Positions 52,721 to 64,000 of a stretch of DNA of 64,000 nucleotides are shown one piece after another. Within the stretch, counting starts at the first letter, position 1. Every line of letters begins with the position of its first letter. A model generated the notes under the pieces. The model saw only the letters and a list, made by a program, of their open reading frames with translations. It ran no database searches and was not told the origin of the DNA. The stretch lies in contig NC_043024.1 of NCBI RefSeq assembly GCF_006345805.1, positions 18,042,001 to 18,106,000 of the forward strand, given 5' to 3'. The translations under genes and the position numbers were made by a program. Source of the DNA: Octopus sinensis (Eukaryota).

Positions 52721-53535
52721 TTAATCTTTTCCTTAATCTTTGCACTCAATAAAGAAACCATCTTCATCGCCGTCATCATCATTATCATTATTTTTTTATT
52801 GTTGTTTGTATTAAGCTCATTACTTTTGTTAATATCATCATCAGTATTAATGCTATTTTTTGTTGTCATCTATTATTGATGGTCTTCTCATTCTCCTTAT
52901 AATTACAACTACAACAACAATAATGATGATGAAAATGGTAGTGTATTATTTTCTTTGTTTATATTATTCATATTGTTGCTGTTCCTGTGCTCGGCTCCCT
53001 TTTCAAAATCAAACATTAGCGTATTGCAATGCAAAAAAAAATTAATAATAATAATAATAAAATCAATGAATTATTAATAACAGAAACATCCCCTCACCTT
53101 CTCGCCCCCGTAACTCTCCACTTCCCTCCATTCCATCTCCACCACCACCGGCTCTTCTGCAACAATGAAATTCCCTCCCCTCTCTCCCGTTCTGGGATTC
53201 CTGATAAATGTCTGTTTAATGTTGTGATTTAAACAACCAGATGCCTAACACCATCTGGTGGTAATGAGGTTACTCTCCTCTCTCTCTCTTGAACACAGAC
53301 AACCACCTTAACTCCCTCCCATCGCCCCACTTCAGCACAATTTCATTGAATACTAAACCACAGAGGGCCTTCTGTCTTTGGTAGAAGTGGACGGGTGGTG
53401 GTGGTGATGGTTCTCATTTAGCCTCTTGTCTACCCTGATCATGCAGACTTCTAATGAAGGACATTCCAACCATAACCACCTCATTTTGTTGAAGTATATG
53501 TGGAACAACATCATTACCTAATTTTACTCACAAAG

Positions 53536-53599
<64 letters not shown>

Positions 53600-53655
53600 C
53601 ACACACATACTCACACATATATACACACACACACATGTATGCATGCATGTATATG

Positions 53656-53691
<36 letters not shown>

Positions 53692-53772
53692 CCCACAGCT
53701 TCAGGGCTAAAACATATAAAAGTTTATATATATATAACAAAGTGGAGTTGTAAGGTACCGCACGAGTGGAAT

Positions 53773-53884
53773 TATATATGAAAGAAGGGTCAAAAATGCA
53801 ATTTTAAAAGATGTTTATTTACTTGACCGGTCAAGTAAATAAACATCTTTTAAAATTGCATTTTTGACCCTTCTTTCATATATA
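53773..53884. repeat. Perfect 112-bp palindrome
   Basis: Centre ttacttgACC|GGTcaagtaa; arms checked base by base. Confidence 0.95.
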
Positions 53885-53939
53885 TATATATATACACACA
53901 CACACTTACACACACATATACATGCATACATATATATAT

Positions 53940-53969
<30 letters not shown>

Positions 53970-53970
<1 letters not shown>

Positions 53971-54197
53971 CGGAGTAAACACATAAATGTGAAACAAGGT
54001 GGAAAAAAGAGTACTCAAATACCAGTGGTAGAGTAATATGCTTTATTTTAAGCAGCAGAAAATTCAACAAAATCTGTTACTCTGAGTTTCTCGTTGCCGT
54101 TCATCAGACAGTTTTTGCTAGCAAAAACTGTCTGATGAACGGCAACGAGAAACTCAGAGTAACAGATTTTGTTGAATTTTCTGCTGCTTAAAATAAA

Positions 54198-54198
<1 letters not shown>
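53970..54198. mobile_element. PLE-like fold-back element with perfect 158-bp palindrome (54041-54198)
   Basis: Centre gct|agc; same family as 4705-4903; (TA)n on both sides. Confidence 0.85.
54128..54165 (+). ncRNA. Minimal hammerhead ribozyme motif (mirror copy 54074-54111 on -)
   Basis: ctgt-CTGATGA-acg-gcaa-cga-GAAA-c-tcaga-GTA-acag. The basal stem II pair is A-A here but A-T in the 4840 paralogue. Confidence 0.55.
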
Positions 54199-54240
<42 letters not shown>

Positions 54241-54676
54241 ATATATATATTTCGTTTTTGGATTTGGTTTGCAAGATTCTTTATATGAGTTCGTGTGTTG
54301 AAGCATATTCTGTTGTGTCTGGGGAGAGTCATTCTCTTTTAGTGCCTTATCATTTAACACACTCACCGGTAAAATTTCCACTTATTTCTTATTTTTATTT
54401 TCTAAAATTTTCGTTGCATCTTGCAACCTTTTCAATAGTCTTGACTCTGTCCATTATTTACACTGCACTCCCTTTTGTTTGTTTGTGTGCATGTGTGTGG
54501 GTCAGTGGGTCAGTATGTGTGTGTGCCTATACATCCATGTACGTATTTATGTGTGTGTGTGTTTGCATGTGTATGTATGTATATATATGTGTGTATGCAT
54601 ATGTATGTATGTATGTGTGTACAGCTGTATGTGCGTATCCTGCATATTTATAGCTTGCCTGTCCGTATTTGTGTAT

Positions 54677-54714
<38 letters not shown>

Positions 54715-54736
54715 CATGTGTTTGTATATGTATGCT

Positions 54737-54965
54737 GGCGGCGAGCTGGCAGAAACGTTAGCACGCTGGGCGAAATGCGTGGCCGTATTTCGTCTGCCGT
54801 TACGTTCTGAGTTCAAATTCTGCCGAGGTCGACTTTGCTTTTCATCCTTTTGGGGTCGATAAATTAAGTACCAGTTGCGCACTGGGGTCGATGTAATCGA
54901 ATTAATTCCTTTGTCTGTCCTTGTTTGTCCTCTCTGTGTTTAGCCTTTGTGGGTAGTAAAGAAAT
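54737..54965 (+). mobile_element. SINE family C, young copy with 11-bp TSD
   Basis: gtatatgtatg at 54724-54734 and 54966-54976; absent from the inverted sister arm. Confidence 0.9.
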
Positions 54966-55312
54966 GTATATGTATGTGCCTCTGTTTCCTTGTGTGTGCA
55001 TGTCTGTATGTGTGTGTGTGTTATGTAACTATGTACCATGTTTGTATGTATGGATGTGTATCTTTATATGTGTGGATCCGTGTCTCCATGTGTCTGTTCA
55101 TATAGTCTATATACCTATCTGTCTGTATATTGATCTGTTTATTTACATATCTAAATGCTCATATACAGAAATAAAAAAATGAAATAAATAAATAAAAAAA
55201 GGCATACACACACATTCACACCCACATACATACATACATACATTTATCTACCTAACAGTCCACTAACTATTCTACTCTACCTGTGTAAACTGTGGGTATG
55301 GAGGTATGGTAT

Positions 55313-56903
55313 TTATTGTGTATATTTCCTATTTAATATTGGGGAGGTTTCATTTATAAGGAAGTACTCCCGTATTTGTCTGAGTGTTGGGTCTTTTGGG
55401 TGCTTGGATAAGATGTGGATGTCAAGTTGACCCAAGTACCTCCATGGTGGTCTTTGGCATGTTGGTAGAGTATGGAGGATTGTTTTCTGTCATCATATTG
55501 TCTTAGATGTTCATTTATCCGTTCCGCAATGCTCCTAGATGTCTCTCCTATGTACGTCATGTTCATGTCTTTACAAGCACCTTCTATGCATCTTATGCTG
55601 TAAACTACATTTTGAGTTCTACAGTTAATACCAGGGCTAATTCTACATACCATGCAGTTATCATTGGTGCATGTGGTATTCTTAAACGGGTACATCCCAC
55701 ATAGTTGTGATCTGACGGAGTTCCCTGGCTTTTCAACAATTTTAATATTGAGTTTGGCCTCCTTCAGAACTTTTCTAAATCTACGGGCTAGATCTCCATG
55801 TTCTGTGACCTCTACAAACATTACTCCTTGATATTTGTTGGGTTTATACCTTGTGTTCGCTCTATTTGCTTTGTCGCAAGTTCTTTGCATTCTATTCCAT
55901 TCTTTGTTTCTATATCTAGGGCAGGTACCACTGGTATCCTTACTCTCTTTACTCTCTTTTACTTGTTTCAGTCATTTGACTGCGGCCATGCTGGGGCACC
56001 GCCTTTAATTGAGCAACTCGACCCCGGGACTTTGTTAGCCCAGTACTTATTCTATCGGTCTCTTTTGCTGAACCGCTAAGTGACAGGGACATAAACACAC
56101 CAGCATCGGTTGTCAAGCAATGCTAGGGGGACAAACACAGACACACAAACATACATGCACACACACACATATATATATGCATATATGCGACGGGCTTCAT
56201 TCAGTTTCCATCTACCAAATCCACTCACAAGGCTTTGGTCGGCCCGAGGCTATAGTAGAAGACACTTGCCCAAGATGCCACGCAGTGGGACTGAACCCGG
56301 AACCATGTGGTTGGTAAACAAGCTACTTACCACACAGTCACTCCAGTGCCTAATGTTATCTAATTACATATAATGTTATCTAATTTCTTTCTAGCCCCAC
56401 TGTATATACGAACCCTATCTTTCTGATCATATCCAGAGAACTGTATATGTTTCTTCATTTCATAGGGTTCACATAGTGGGGACACATTGTTCATTATTCT
56501 AACTAGGTCTGCTATTAGTATATGTTAATTTTCATGTTGTGTGACAAAGCTGAGTTCTTGTGAACAACATATTTTGAAGTTACAGGTTTCATGTAATTAG
56601 AGTGGAGGAGCTGCACTCTATTGTTCACATTCTCTAACCAAAGTTCAGTATCAAGTACTGGGAGTCTATTGTTAGGGTTCTTAGTGGGGTAATCTGTAGT
56701 TACCTTGATACTTTGGTGGATGGAGTTAGCTATTTGCTGGATGCTCTCCATTACGTTCTTCTCAGTCTCTACATCACTAGAGTTGGTTCTAACTATGATA
56801 TTAATGTCATCTACATATTTACTGTAGAGTAGAAGAGCTGTGGACTGTTCTGCTAACATTTGTTTAAATTTTCTGTCCCACCATGTCATGAAGAGGCCAG
56901 CCA
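55313..56903 (-). pseudogene. PLE ORF remnant: RT C-terminal half plus GIY-YIG endonuclease
   Basis: AGLFMTWWD..YSKYVDDINI..LPVLDTELW..; CTNDNCMVC..C..QNVVYSIRC..TYIGETSRSIAERINEH; frameshifted end RQIREYFLINETSPILNRKYTQ*; split by a SINE A. Confidence 0.9.
55941..56350 (-). mobile_element. SINE family A inserted in the PLE ORF
   Basis: Near-consensus full-length reverse copy. Confidence 0.9.
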
Positions 56904-57345
56904 TTCAAGGTGCAGCCATTGGTGTAGGTATAGCTGGAGATGTGGCACAAGGAGACAGAGGTGCATACATATACAAACACATGCTCACACACGCACACAT
57001 AGAAAATACACAAATACGGACAGGCAAGCACATAAATATGCAGGATACGTACATACAGATGCACAAACATACATATATACATACATACACATGCAAATAC
57101 ACACACACATACGTACATGCATGCATGTATAGGCACACACACATACTGACCCACACACATGCACACAAACAAACAAAGAGGAACGCAGTGTAAATAATGG
57201 ACAGAGTCAAGACTATTGAAAAGGTTGCAAGATGCAACGAAAATTTTAGAAAATAAAAATAAGAAATAAGTGGAAATTTTACCGGTGAGTGTGTTAAATT
57301 ATAAGGCACAAAAAGAGAATGACTCTCCCCAGACACAACAGAATA

Positions 57346-57378
<33 letters not shown>

Positions 57379-57455
57379 CTACATACATACATACATACAT
57401 ACATACATACATACATGAATGTATATATGTGTGTGTGTGTGTCTATATATATATA

Positions 57456-57487
<32 letters not shown>

Positions 57488-57489
57488 TT

Positions 57490-57820
57490 AAAAATTAAGG
57501 GTAAAAATTGATGTTAGTCAATTAAAACCAGTGGCCTAGCACATTAAAAAGAATCCGAAGATTAAAATATTTATATATACCAATTAAGGACTGAACACGA
57601 AAAGGTGGACAGTCAACATGCTAGATATAGACGTCAAATCGCCATTCTCCACAAAGATTTTGTTCTCAAATAAAAATAAAATTCAGCACGACCTAAAGCA
57701 ATAGATAAGACAAAAGAAATGGATGAGAACAAAATCTTTGTGGAGAATGGCGATTTGACGTCTATATCTAGCATGTTGACTGTCCACCTTTTCGTGTTCA
57801 GTCCTTAATTGGTATATATA
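57490..57820. repeat. (TA)n-embedded fold-back element, 97-bp arms
   Basis: 57572-57668 is the reverse complement of 57724-57820; leader aaaattaagggtaaaaattg...ccagtggcctagc. Confidence 0.85.
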
Positions 57821-58934
57821 TATATATAATATATATATATATTATATATATATATATATACACATATGTATACACATATAGGTGCAGGCATCGCTGTGTG
57901 GTAAGAAGTTTTCTTGCAATCCACATGGTTCTGAGTTTAGTCCCACTGCATGACACCTTGGAAAAGTGTCTTGTCTTCTGCTGTAGCCTCAGGCCAACCA
58001 ACGCCTTGTTAATCGATTTGGTCGACAGAAACTAAAATTAGCCCGTCATATATATGTATGTGTGTATATATCTGTGTGTATATATGTCTTTGCTTCTGTT
58101 TTTGTGCCCCATCACTGTTTGACAATTGATGTTGGTGTGTTTACATCTGTGTAACTTACCGGTTCAACCAAACAAATCAAAATAAAAAGTGCAAAGCTTA
58201 AAAGAGAAAAAAAGTACCGGGGTTGATTTATTCAACTAACAAATTCTTCAAGGCGGTGCCCCAGCATGACCACAGGCTACTAACTGAAACAAGTAATTGA
58301 TAAAAGGTATATAAATAGCTGCATCAAAAAGTTCTGATCTCTAATTGAGGAGTGAATGCAGAAAGGGGTAAACCCAGGAAGATGAGAGATGTACTGATGG
58401 GAAAGGACCTTCAGGCATTAGGACACACAGAGGAAATGACAAGGGCAGTCCGCTATGCTTGAGAATCTTGGTTGTCTTTTCACATACAAGCATGTCCCCT
58501 AGATCCCTTTTCAGCTGAGTGATCCTAACCTTACTGGCTCATGGGTGCTGGTGCCATGTAAAAGGCACCCATGGCTGTGTCACATAAAAGTATCCATGCC
58601 AGTGCCACACAGAGGGGCATGTGTGTAAAAACATCCAGGAAATTCATCCATAGAAACCATCCCAAAACAGACACAAAGTCTGGCAGCTCTTCAGTATATA
58701 TATACTCTTTTTAATCTCTACTCTTTTACTTGTTTCAGTCATTTGACTGTGGCCATACTGGAGCACCGCCTTGAGTCGAGCAAATCGACCCCAGGACTTA
58801 TTCTCTGTAAACCTAGTACTTATTCTATCAGCCCCTTTTGCCGAACCACTAAGTTATGGGGATGTAAACACACCAGCATCAATTGTCAAGTGATGTTGGA
58901 GGGATGAACACATACACACACACACACACACACA

Positions 58935-59113
58935 TATTGTTAGCCACTACACACATTTTTTTCTCTCCTTGTTTTTTCTGTGTCCCTTTCTGTAGAAGAG
59001 TGTAAGCTTGAAACGTAAAAGACTTTTTCTATTCCTGAGTGTTATACTAATACATCTGCTTGTTTTGTACACCACCTGTCTTCATTGTTTGGTTTTTTCA
59101 TAAACTCTCCCTA

Positions 59114-59125
<12 letters not shown>
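58935..59125 (+). mobile_element. PLE-like terminal-repeat element nested in the microsatellite linker of a SINE A (58715-59310, -)
   Basis: Homologous to 41750-41925; cttt-ctgtaga-a-gagt-gtaa-gctt-gaaac-gta-aaag at 58986-59021. Confidence 0.55.
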
Positions 59126-59160
<35 letters not shown>

Positions 59161-59817
59161 TACGATGGGCTTCTTTCAGTTTCCATCTACCAAATCCACT
59201 CACAAGGCCCGAGGCTATAGTAGAAGACACTTGCCCAAGGTGGCACGCAGTGGGACTGACACCGGAACCATGTGGTTCATAAGCAAGCTACTTACCACAC
59301 AGCCACTCCTACGACTATATATATGAATATTTCAATTTATAGGAAAGATCCAGGGGAATAATTACAAGGTAGCCAGATGTGAAGGCACATGGCTCAGTGG
59401 TTAGAGCATTGAGCTTACGATCGTGAGGTTGTGAGTTCAAATCCCGGACTGGGCTGCATGTTGTGCTCTTAAGCAAAACACTTTATTTCACGTTGCTCCA
59501 GTTCACTCAACGGTAGGAATGAGTTGTGATGTCACAGGTACCAAGCTGTATCGGCCCCTTTGCCTTTCCCTTGGATACCATCAGTGGTGTGGAGAGGGGA
59601 GACCAATATACATGGGTGACTGCTGGTCTTCCATAAACAACCTTGCCCGGACTTGTACCTGGAAAGGTAACTTTCTAAGTGCAATCCCATGGTCAGTCAT
59701 GACTGAAGGGGGTCTCAGCAGCCAGATGTCACATATATTATGTCCTAGCAATCCGTGATCACATTAGTGCAGGAGTTAATTCTGGGGAGAAGCGAGACGT
59801 ATTTTGGAGAACATGGG

Positions 59818-59984
59818 GAAAAAATTGAAAATGGAGATAAACACTGAAGATGTTGTTAAAACATTGATGTTTTCATATCGTCAACATATGTTTTGATGGA
59901 TATCCATCAAAACATATGTCAAAGATATGAAGACATAAATGTTTTAACAACATCTTCAGCATTTTTCTCCATTTTCAGTTTTTC
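59818..59984. repeat. Imperfect ~167-bp palindrome
   Basis: Perfect 36-bp core centred on ggat|atcc, decaying outward. Confidence 0.85.
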
Positions 59985-60206
59985 ATCTATATATGCATAT
60001 ACATATATATATATATATAACGGCAGTGCATCAGCTTGGCCGCAGCTCTGAGCTGAAACTAGAGAGAGAAAAATATATATATATATAAAAAGAGTAAAAT
60101 GAGTATATATATATATATATATATATTAGAAGAAATGAGGTACTCAGATATGTATGTATATGTGTGAATATGTACATATATGTATATATGTATAATATAT
60201 ATATGA

Positions 60207-60247
<41 letters not shown>

Positions 60248-60539
60248 TATATAGATATATAATATAATATGATGTAATATAATATAATACAATATAATAT
60301 AATACAATAATATAATAGAATTAGAAAGTCATTGTTACAGTATTATATATTTGAAAAAATGAAGAAAAATGGCTTTTCCGCTAATTAGATGTTTATAAAT
60401 TATTAGGTGTTTCTAATGATTTATAACCATCTAATTATTAAAGTGGAAAAATTATCAGAAAAGACATTTCTATTCATTTTTCATTTTTGCTAGTGAGTGT
60501 GTATAAGTATATATGTGTTTGTATATAAGTGTCTGTGCA

Positions 60540-60641
<102 letters not shown>

Positions 60642-61913
60642 CTTTTAAATTTGTTTATGGGAAACGTTTTGAATATGCAAATGAAACTCCTATTCCTGTA
60701 TTCTGGCCACAGTCTAATGATGCTGACTGGTGAACCAGTTTTTTGGGAGGGCATTGAGCTGTACTGATATAATGTAGGATAAATATAATAATAATAAATA
60801 TAATCCTAGGGTGGAATTTATAAACATTTAATGCATCCCTACGCATGTTTCCACAAATCACATGTCTCTTTAGATCACAGTCCATATTCCTGGAATATGA
60901 AATGTGATCATTATTATTATTGAATGTTATCATTACATATATATAAATGAGTAAATATTCAAATGAATATTCATATAGGTATTATTATTATTATTATCAT
61001 TATTATTATTATTATTATAATTATTATTAGTAGTAGTAGTAGTAGAAGTAGTAGTATAATTATTATCATTAGCAGTAAACATATAAAGAATTAATAATAA
61101 TAAAAGTAATATTAGTGGGCAGCAAGCAATAATGCCGTTATATGGCAAATCAATAAAATTTTATAATTGATAAATGATTATAATAGAGGGTACACTAAGT
61201 ACCAGCTTGCTTAAATAAGTTAAAATACTCAAACAAGCCACCAAACTCACTGAAAATTATAACAGACCAATAGAAATTGAGCAAAGCAGCAGCAGAAAAT
61301 TTAACATTTTAACTCAGGTGAAAGCTGTAGAATGAGGTAGTGGATATACCTGGATCGTGATTTCAAATTCTGGATTACTTCTCAATTTTCTTCAGGAGGT
61401 CTTACTAAATGCCCAGTGTTAAACTCCTACATATATACGTGTATATATATATAGTCAAAATTTAGATTAGCTGAAATGTGTTTGTCACATATTTCAACTG
61501 CTAAACTTTTGAATTACAGGTACAAATCACTTTTGCCAGCTGAGTGGACTGGAGCAATGTGAAATAAAGTGTCTTGCTTAAGGACACAAGGCACTACCAA
61601 GAATTGAACTCATTGCATTAGGATTACCTAACCACTAAGCTAGGCACCTTCACATTTGGTGTGGGTGTGTATAGTTGTATATACATATGTGAGAGTATAT
61701 GTATATACTCCTTTTACTCTTTTACTTGTTTCAGTCATGTGACCATGGCCATGCTGGAGCACTGCCTTTAGTCGAGCAAATCAACCCCAGGACTTATTCT
61801 TTGTAAGCCTAGTACTTATTCTATCAGTTTCTTTTGCGTAAACACACCAGCATTGGTTGTCAAGCGATGTTGGTGGGGACAAACATAGATACACAAACAT
61901 ATACACACGCATA

Positions 61914-62322
61914 GGCGCAGGAGTGGCTGTGTGGTAAGTAGCGTGCTTACCAACCACATGGTTCCAGGTTCAGTCCCACTGCGTGGCATCTTGGACAAGT
62001 GTCTTCTGCTATAGTATCGGGCCGACCAATGCCTTGTGAGTGGATTTGGTAGACGTAAACTGAAAGAAGCCCGTCGCGTATATATGTATATATATATGTA
62101 TGTGTGTGTATGTTTGTGTGTCTGTGTTTGACCCCTAGCATTGCTTGACAACCGATGCTGGGGTGTTTATGTCCCCGTCACTTAGCGGTTCGGCAAAAAG
62201 AGACCGATACAATAAGTACTGGGCTTACAAAGAATAAGTCCCGGGGTCGAGTTGCTCGATTAAAGGCGGTGCTCCAGCATGGCCGCAGTCAAATGACTGA
62301 AACAAGTAAAAGAGTAAAAGAG
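61914..62322 (+). mobile_element. SINE family A, full-length, nested in an opposite-strand copy (61708-61912 plus about 62340-62535)
   Basis: tRNA-like head ggcgcaggagtggctgtgtggtaag...ggttcagtccc; tail gactgaaacaagtaaaagagtaaaagag. Confidence 0.9.
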
Positions 62323-62324
62323 AA

Positions 62325-62357
<33 letters not shown>

Positions 62358-63439
62358 TATACATACATATATAGGACGGGATTCTTTCAATTTCTGTCTA
62401 CCAAATCCACTCACAAGGCTTTGGTCGGCCCGAGGCTATAGTAGGAAACACTTGCCCAAGGTGCCACGTAGTGGAACTGAACCTGGAACCATGTGGTTGG
62501 TAAGCAAGCTACTTACCACACAGCTACTCCTGTGCTAATAATGATGATGAAAAAGACGAGGTGGAGGTAGAAGATAGGTGGTGGTGGTGGTGGTGGTGGA
62601 AGTAGCAATCGTGATGGTGATGGTGAAAGTAGCAGTAGTGATGACAGTGGTGATGGTGATGGTGGTGGTGTAGGTGGTGTCTTCTGTAAATTGTTATCTC
62701 AATGTGAAGAAATGAAATAAAGGCAATGGAAAAAAAAGCTTCACAAAACATTGTAAAATATGAAACTGAAGAAAATTTTCTTTTACAAAGAAATCCCTTT
62801 GTTTAATGAGGCCGAAAGGCAACTTGGCAAAAAGTAATTTTCCCTCAAATCTAATTTATTCGTTTGTTTATTTTTATAATTACTTTTCTAAGAGATAACG
62901 AGAAAATGAATAACTTTTAAATCCCTAAACAGCTTCTTATACATCTTGAAAGTCCTGCGCCATTTATCACTCTCACTGGCCCTGTACCATCACCGCATCC
63001 ACCTATGAAAGCCCCATTTCATTATTGCCATCCCCATCACCACACATGAAAGCCATCCAGCACTACCATCACAACCTGTGTTATCACCCGTGAACAATTT
63101 CTCAGAATGATAAGAGCTTCCTATCATTTTCCCCCTGCGTCTGAATATAGCATCATGTCATAGCACTATTAAGCTTTCGTTTCCTTCCCAAATCTTCCCT
63201 GATGAGGAATTCCCACAACTTGCTCTCACGGTAGTCCTGGATATGTAATGGTTATTTGATTGACCCTTAGTCATAACCCTATTCTCTGAGGACTACAACA
63301 TATTTCTATGTTGACATTACCATTTTCTCTCTTTTTTCCCATTCTTTCCATTTCTCTGTAATCACCTACCCCTACACTTTTTTCTAGTGCATCACTGTAA
63401 TCTCCTCTCTGCTGTTGCCCTTCATGTAATAATAAATGT

Positions 63440-63800
63440 TATTATTAATGCCTTTGTACAGCTTCTAATGCTGGAGATGTACTACAGTGTCAGCTGTTCA
63501 CTAACAGTGAACTAAGGTAACACCTCTCATTTTTTGAGCACCTTCCAGAGTTTTTCGAGCGTTTCCAAGCAATGTTGTTTTCTGCAAGTGCTCCACCCTT
63601 ATTACAGTCCCTATGTACTTCTCAAGATTTTTACTCACTGTTACCAGGCTCCTACAATTATTGGTACTACTACCACCTTTTTCATCAACCACAGCTGCTT
63701 AACCTCCCAAGCTAACCTGTGATGTCTATCGACTTTTATTTCCTTATCACACACCTTGTTATCAGCAGGGCATGCTATATCTATGATCCAGGTGATTATT
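63440..63800 (-). mobile_element. R4/Dong-type LINE 3' fragment (restriction-like endonuclease)
   Basis: IIDIACPADNKVCDKE..RLAWEVKQLW..VVVVPIIVGAW / TVSKNLEKY..IRVEHLQKTTLLGNARK; (TTA)n at both ends. Confidence 0.8.
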
Positions 63801-64000
63801 ATTATCGCTATGATGCTCCCCAACTACTTCTGCTCGTGATCAGAGATGCATATATCATCAGCCACTAAGAGACATGCTCAACTTGTTACGGTCAAACAAC
63901 TGACAAGCAAATCTGTGGTATTGAGCAGAATATTTGCTGTGGCCCATCTTTTTATAACAAGACAAAACAATGTACAGGATGACACTTCCAATCAGTTAAG

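Larger units (their letters stand above)
54255..57346 (-). mobile_element. 5'-truncated Penelope-like element with inverted terminal duplication
   Basis: RT and GIY-YIG remnant flanked by inverted copies 54305-54994 and 56946-57346; (TA)n outside both ends. Confidence 0.7.

Noticed and set aside
60933-61148. Signal-peptide-like ORF with poly-T/N tract
   Set aside because: Begins at TTG and both the hydrophobic and polar runs are (TTA)/(ACT)/(AAT) microsatellites.

Overview
AT-rich, microsatellite- and repeat-saturated animal genomic DNA. It is most likely octopus (inferred from the tRNA-SINE families and a cephalopod-like 5S copy; no search was run). Only one convincing host coding exon is present: a 370-bp + strand exon (37691-38060) encoding linker plus most of the C2A domain of a synaptotagmin-7 orthologue. 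I found none of the other Syt7 exons, so much of the window is probably intronic. The rest is mobile DNA: a full-length but disrupted RTE/BovB-type LINE, a full-length mariner, Penelope-like (PLE) remnants, R4/Dong-type remnants, Helitron-like and Tigger/piggyBac-like non-autonomous elements, a probable solo LTR, a 5S pseudogene and dozens of SINEs from about five families. The most interesting signal is a set of fold-back elements in (TA)n tracts, several carrying minimal type-I hammerhead ribozyme motifs. One (44293-45156) contains two circular permutations of one ~480-nt unit, as expected of a retrozyme-like tandem/circular RNA or mini-PLE. All alignments and folds were done by eye; SINE and degenerate-element boundaries are approximate (about +/-20 bp) and only representative SINE copies are listed. 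Most ORFs in the supplied track are microsatellite artefacts.
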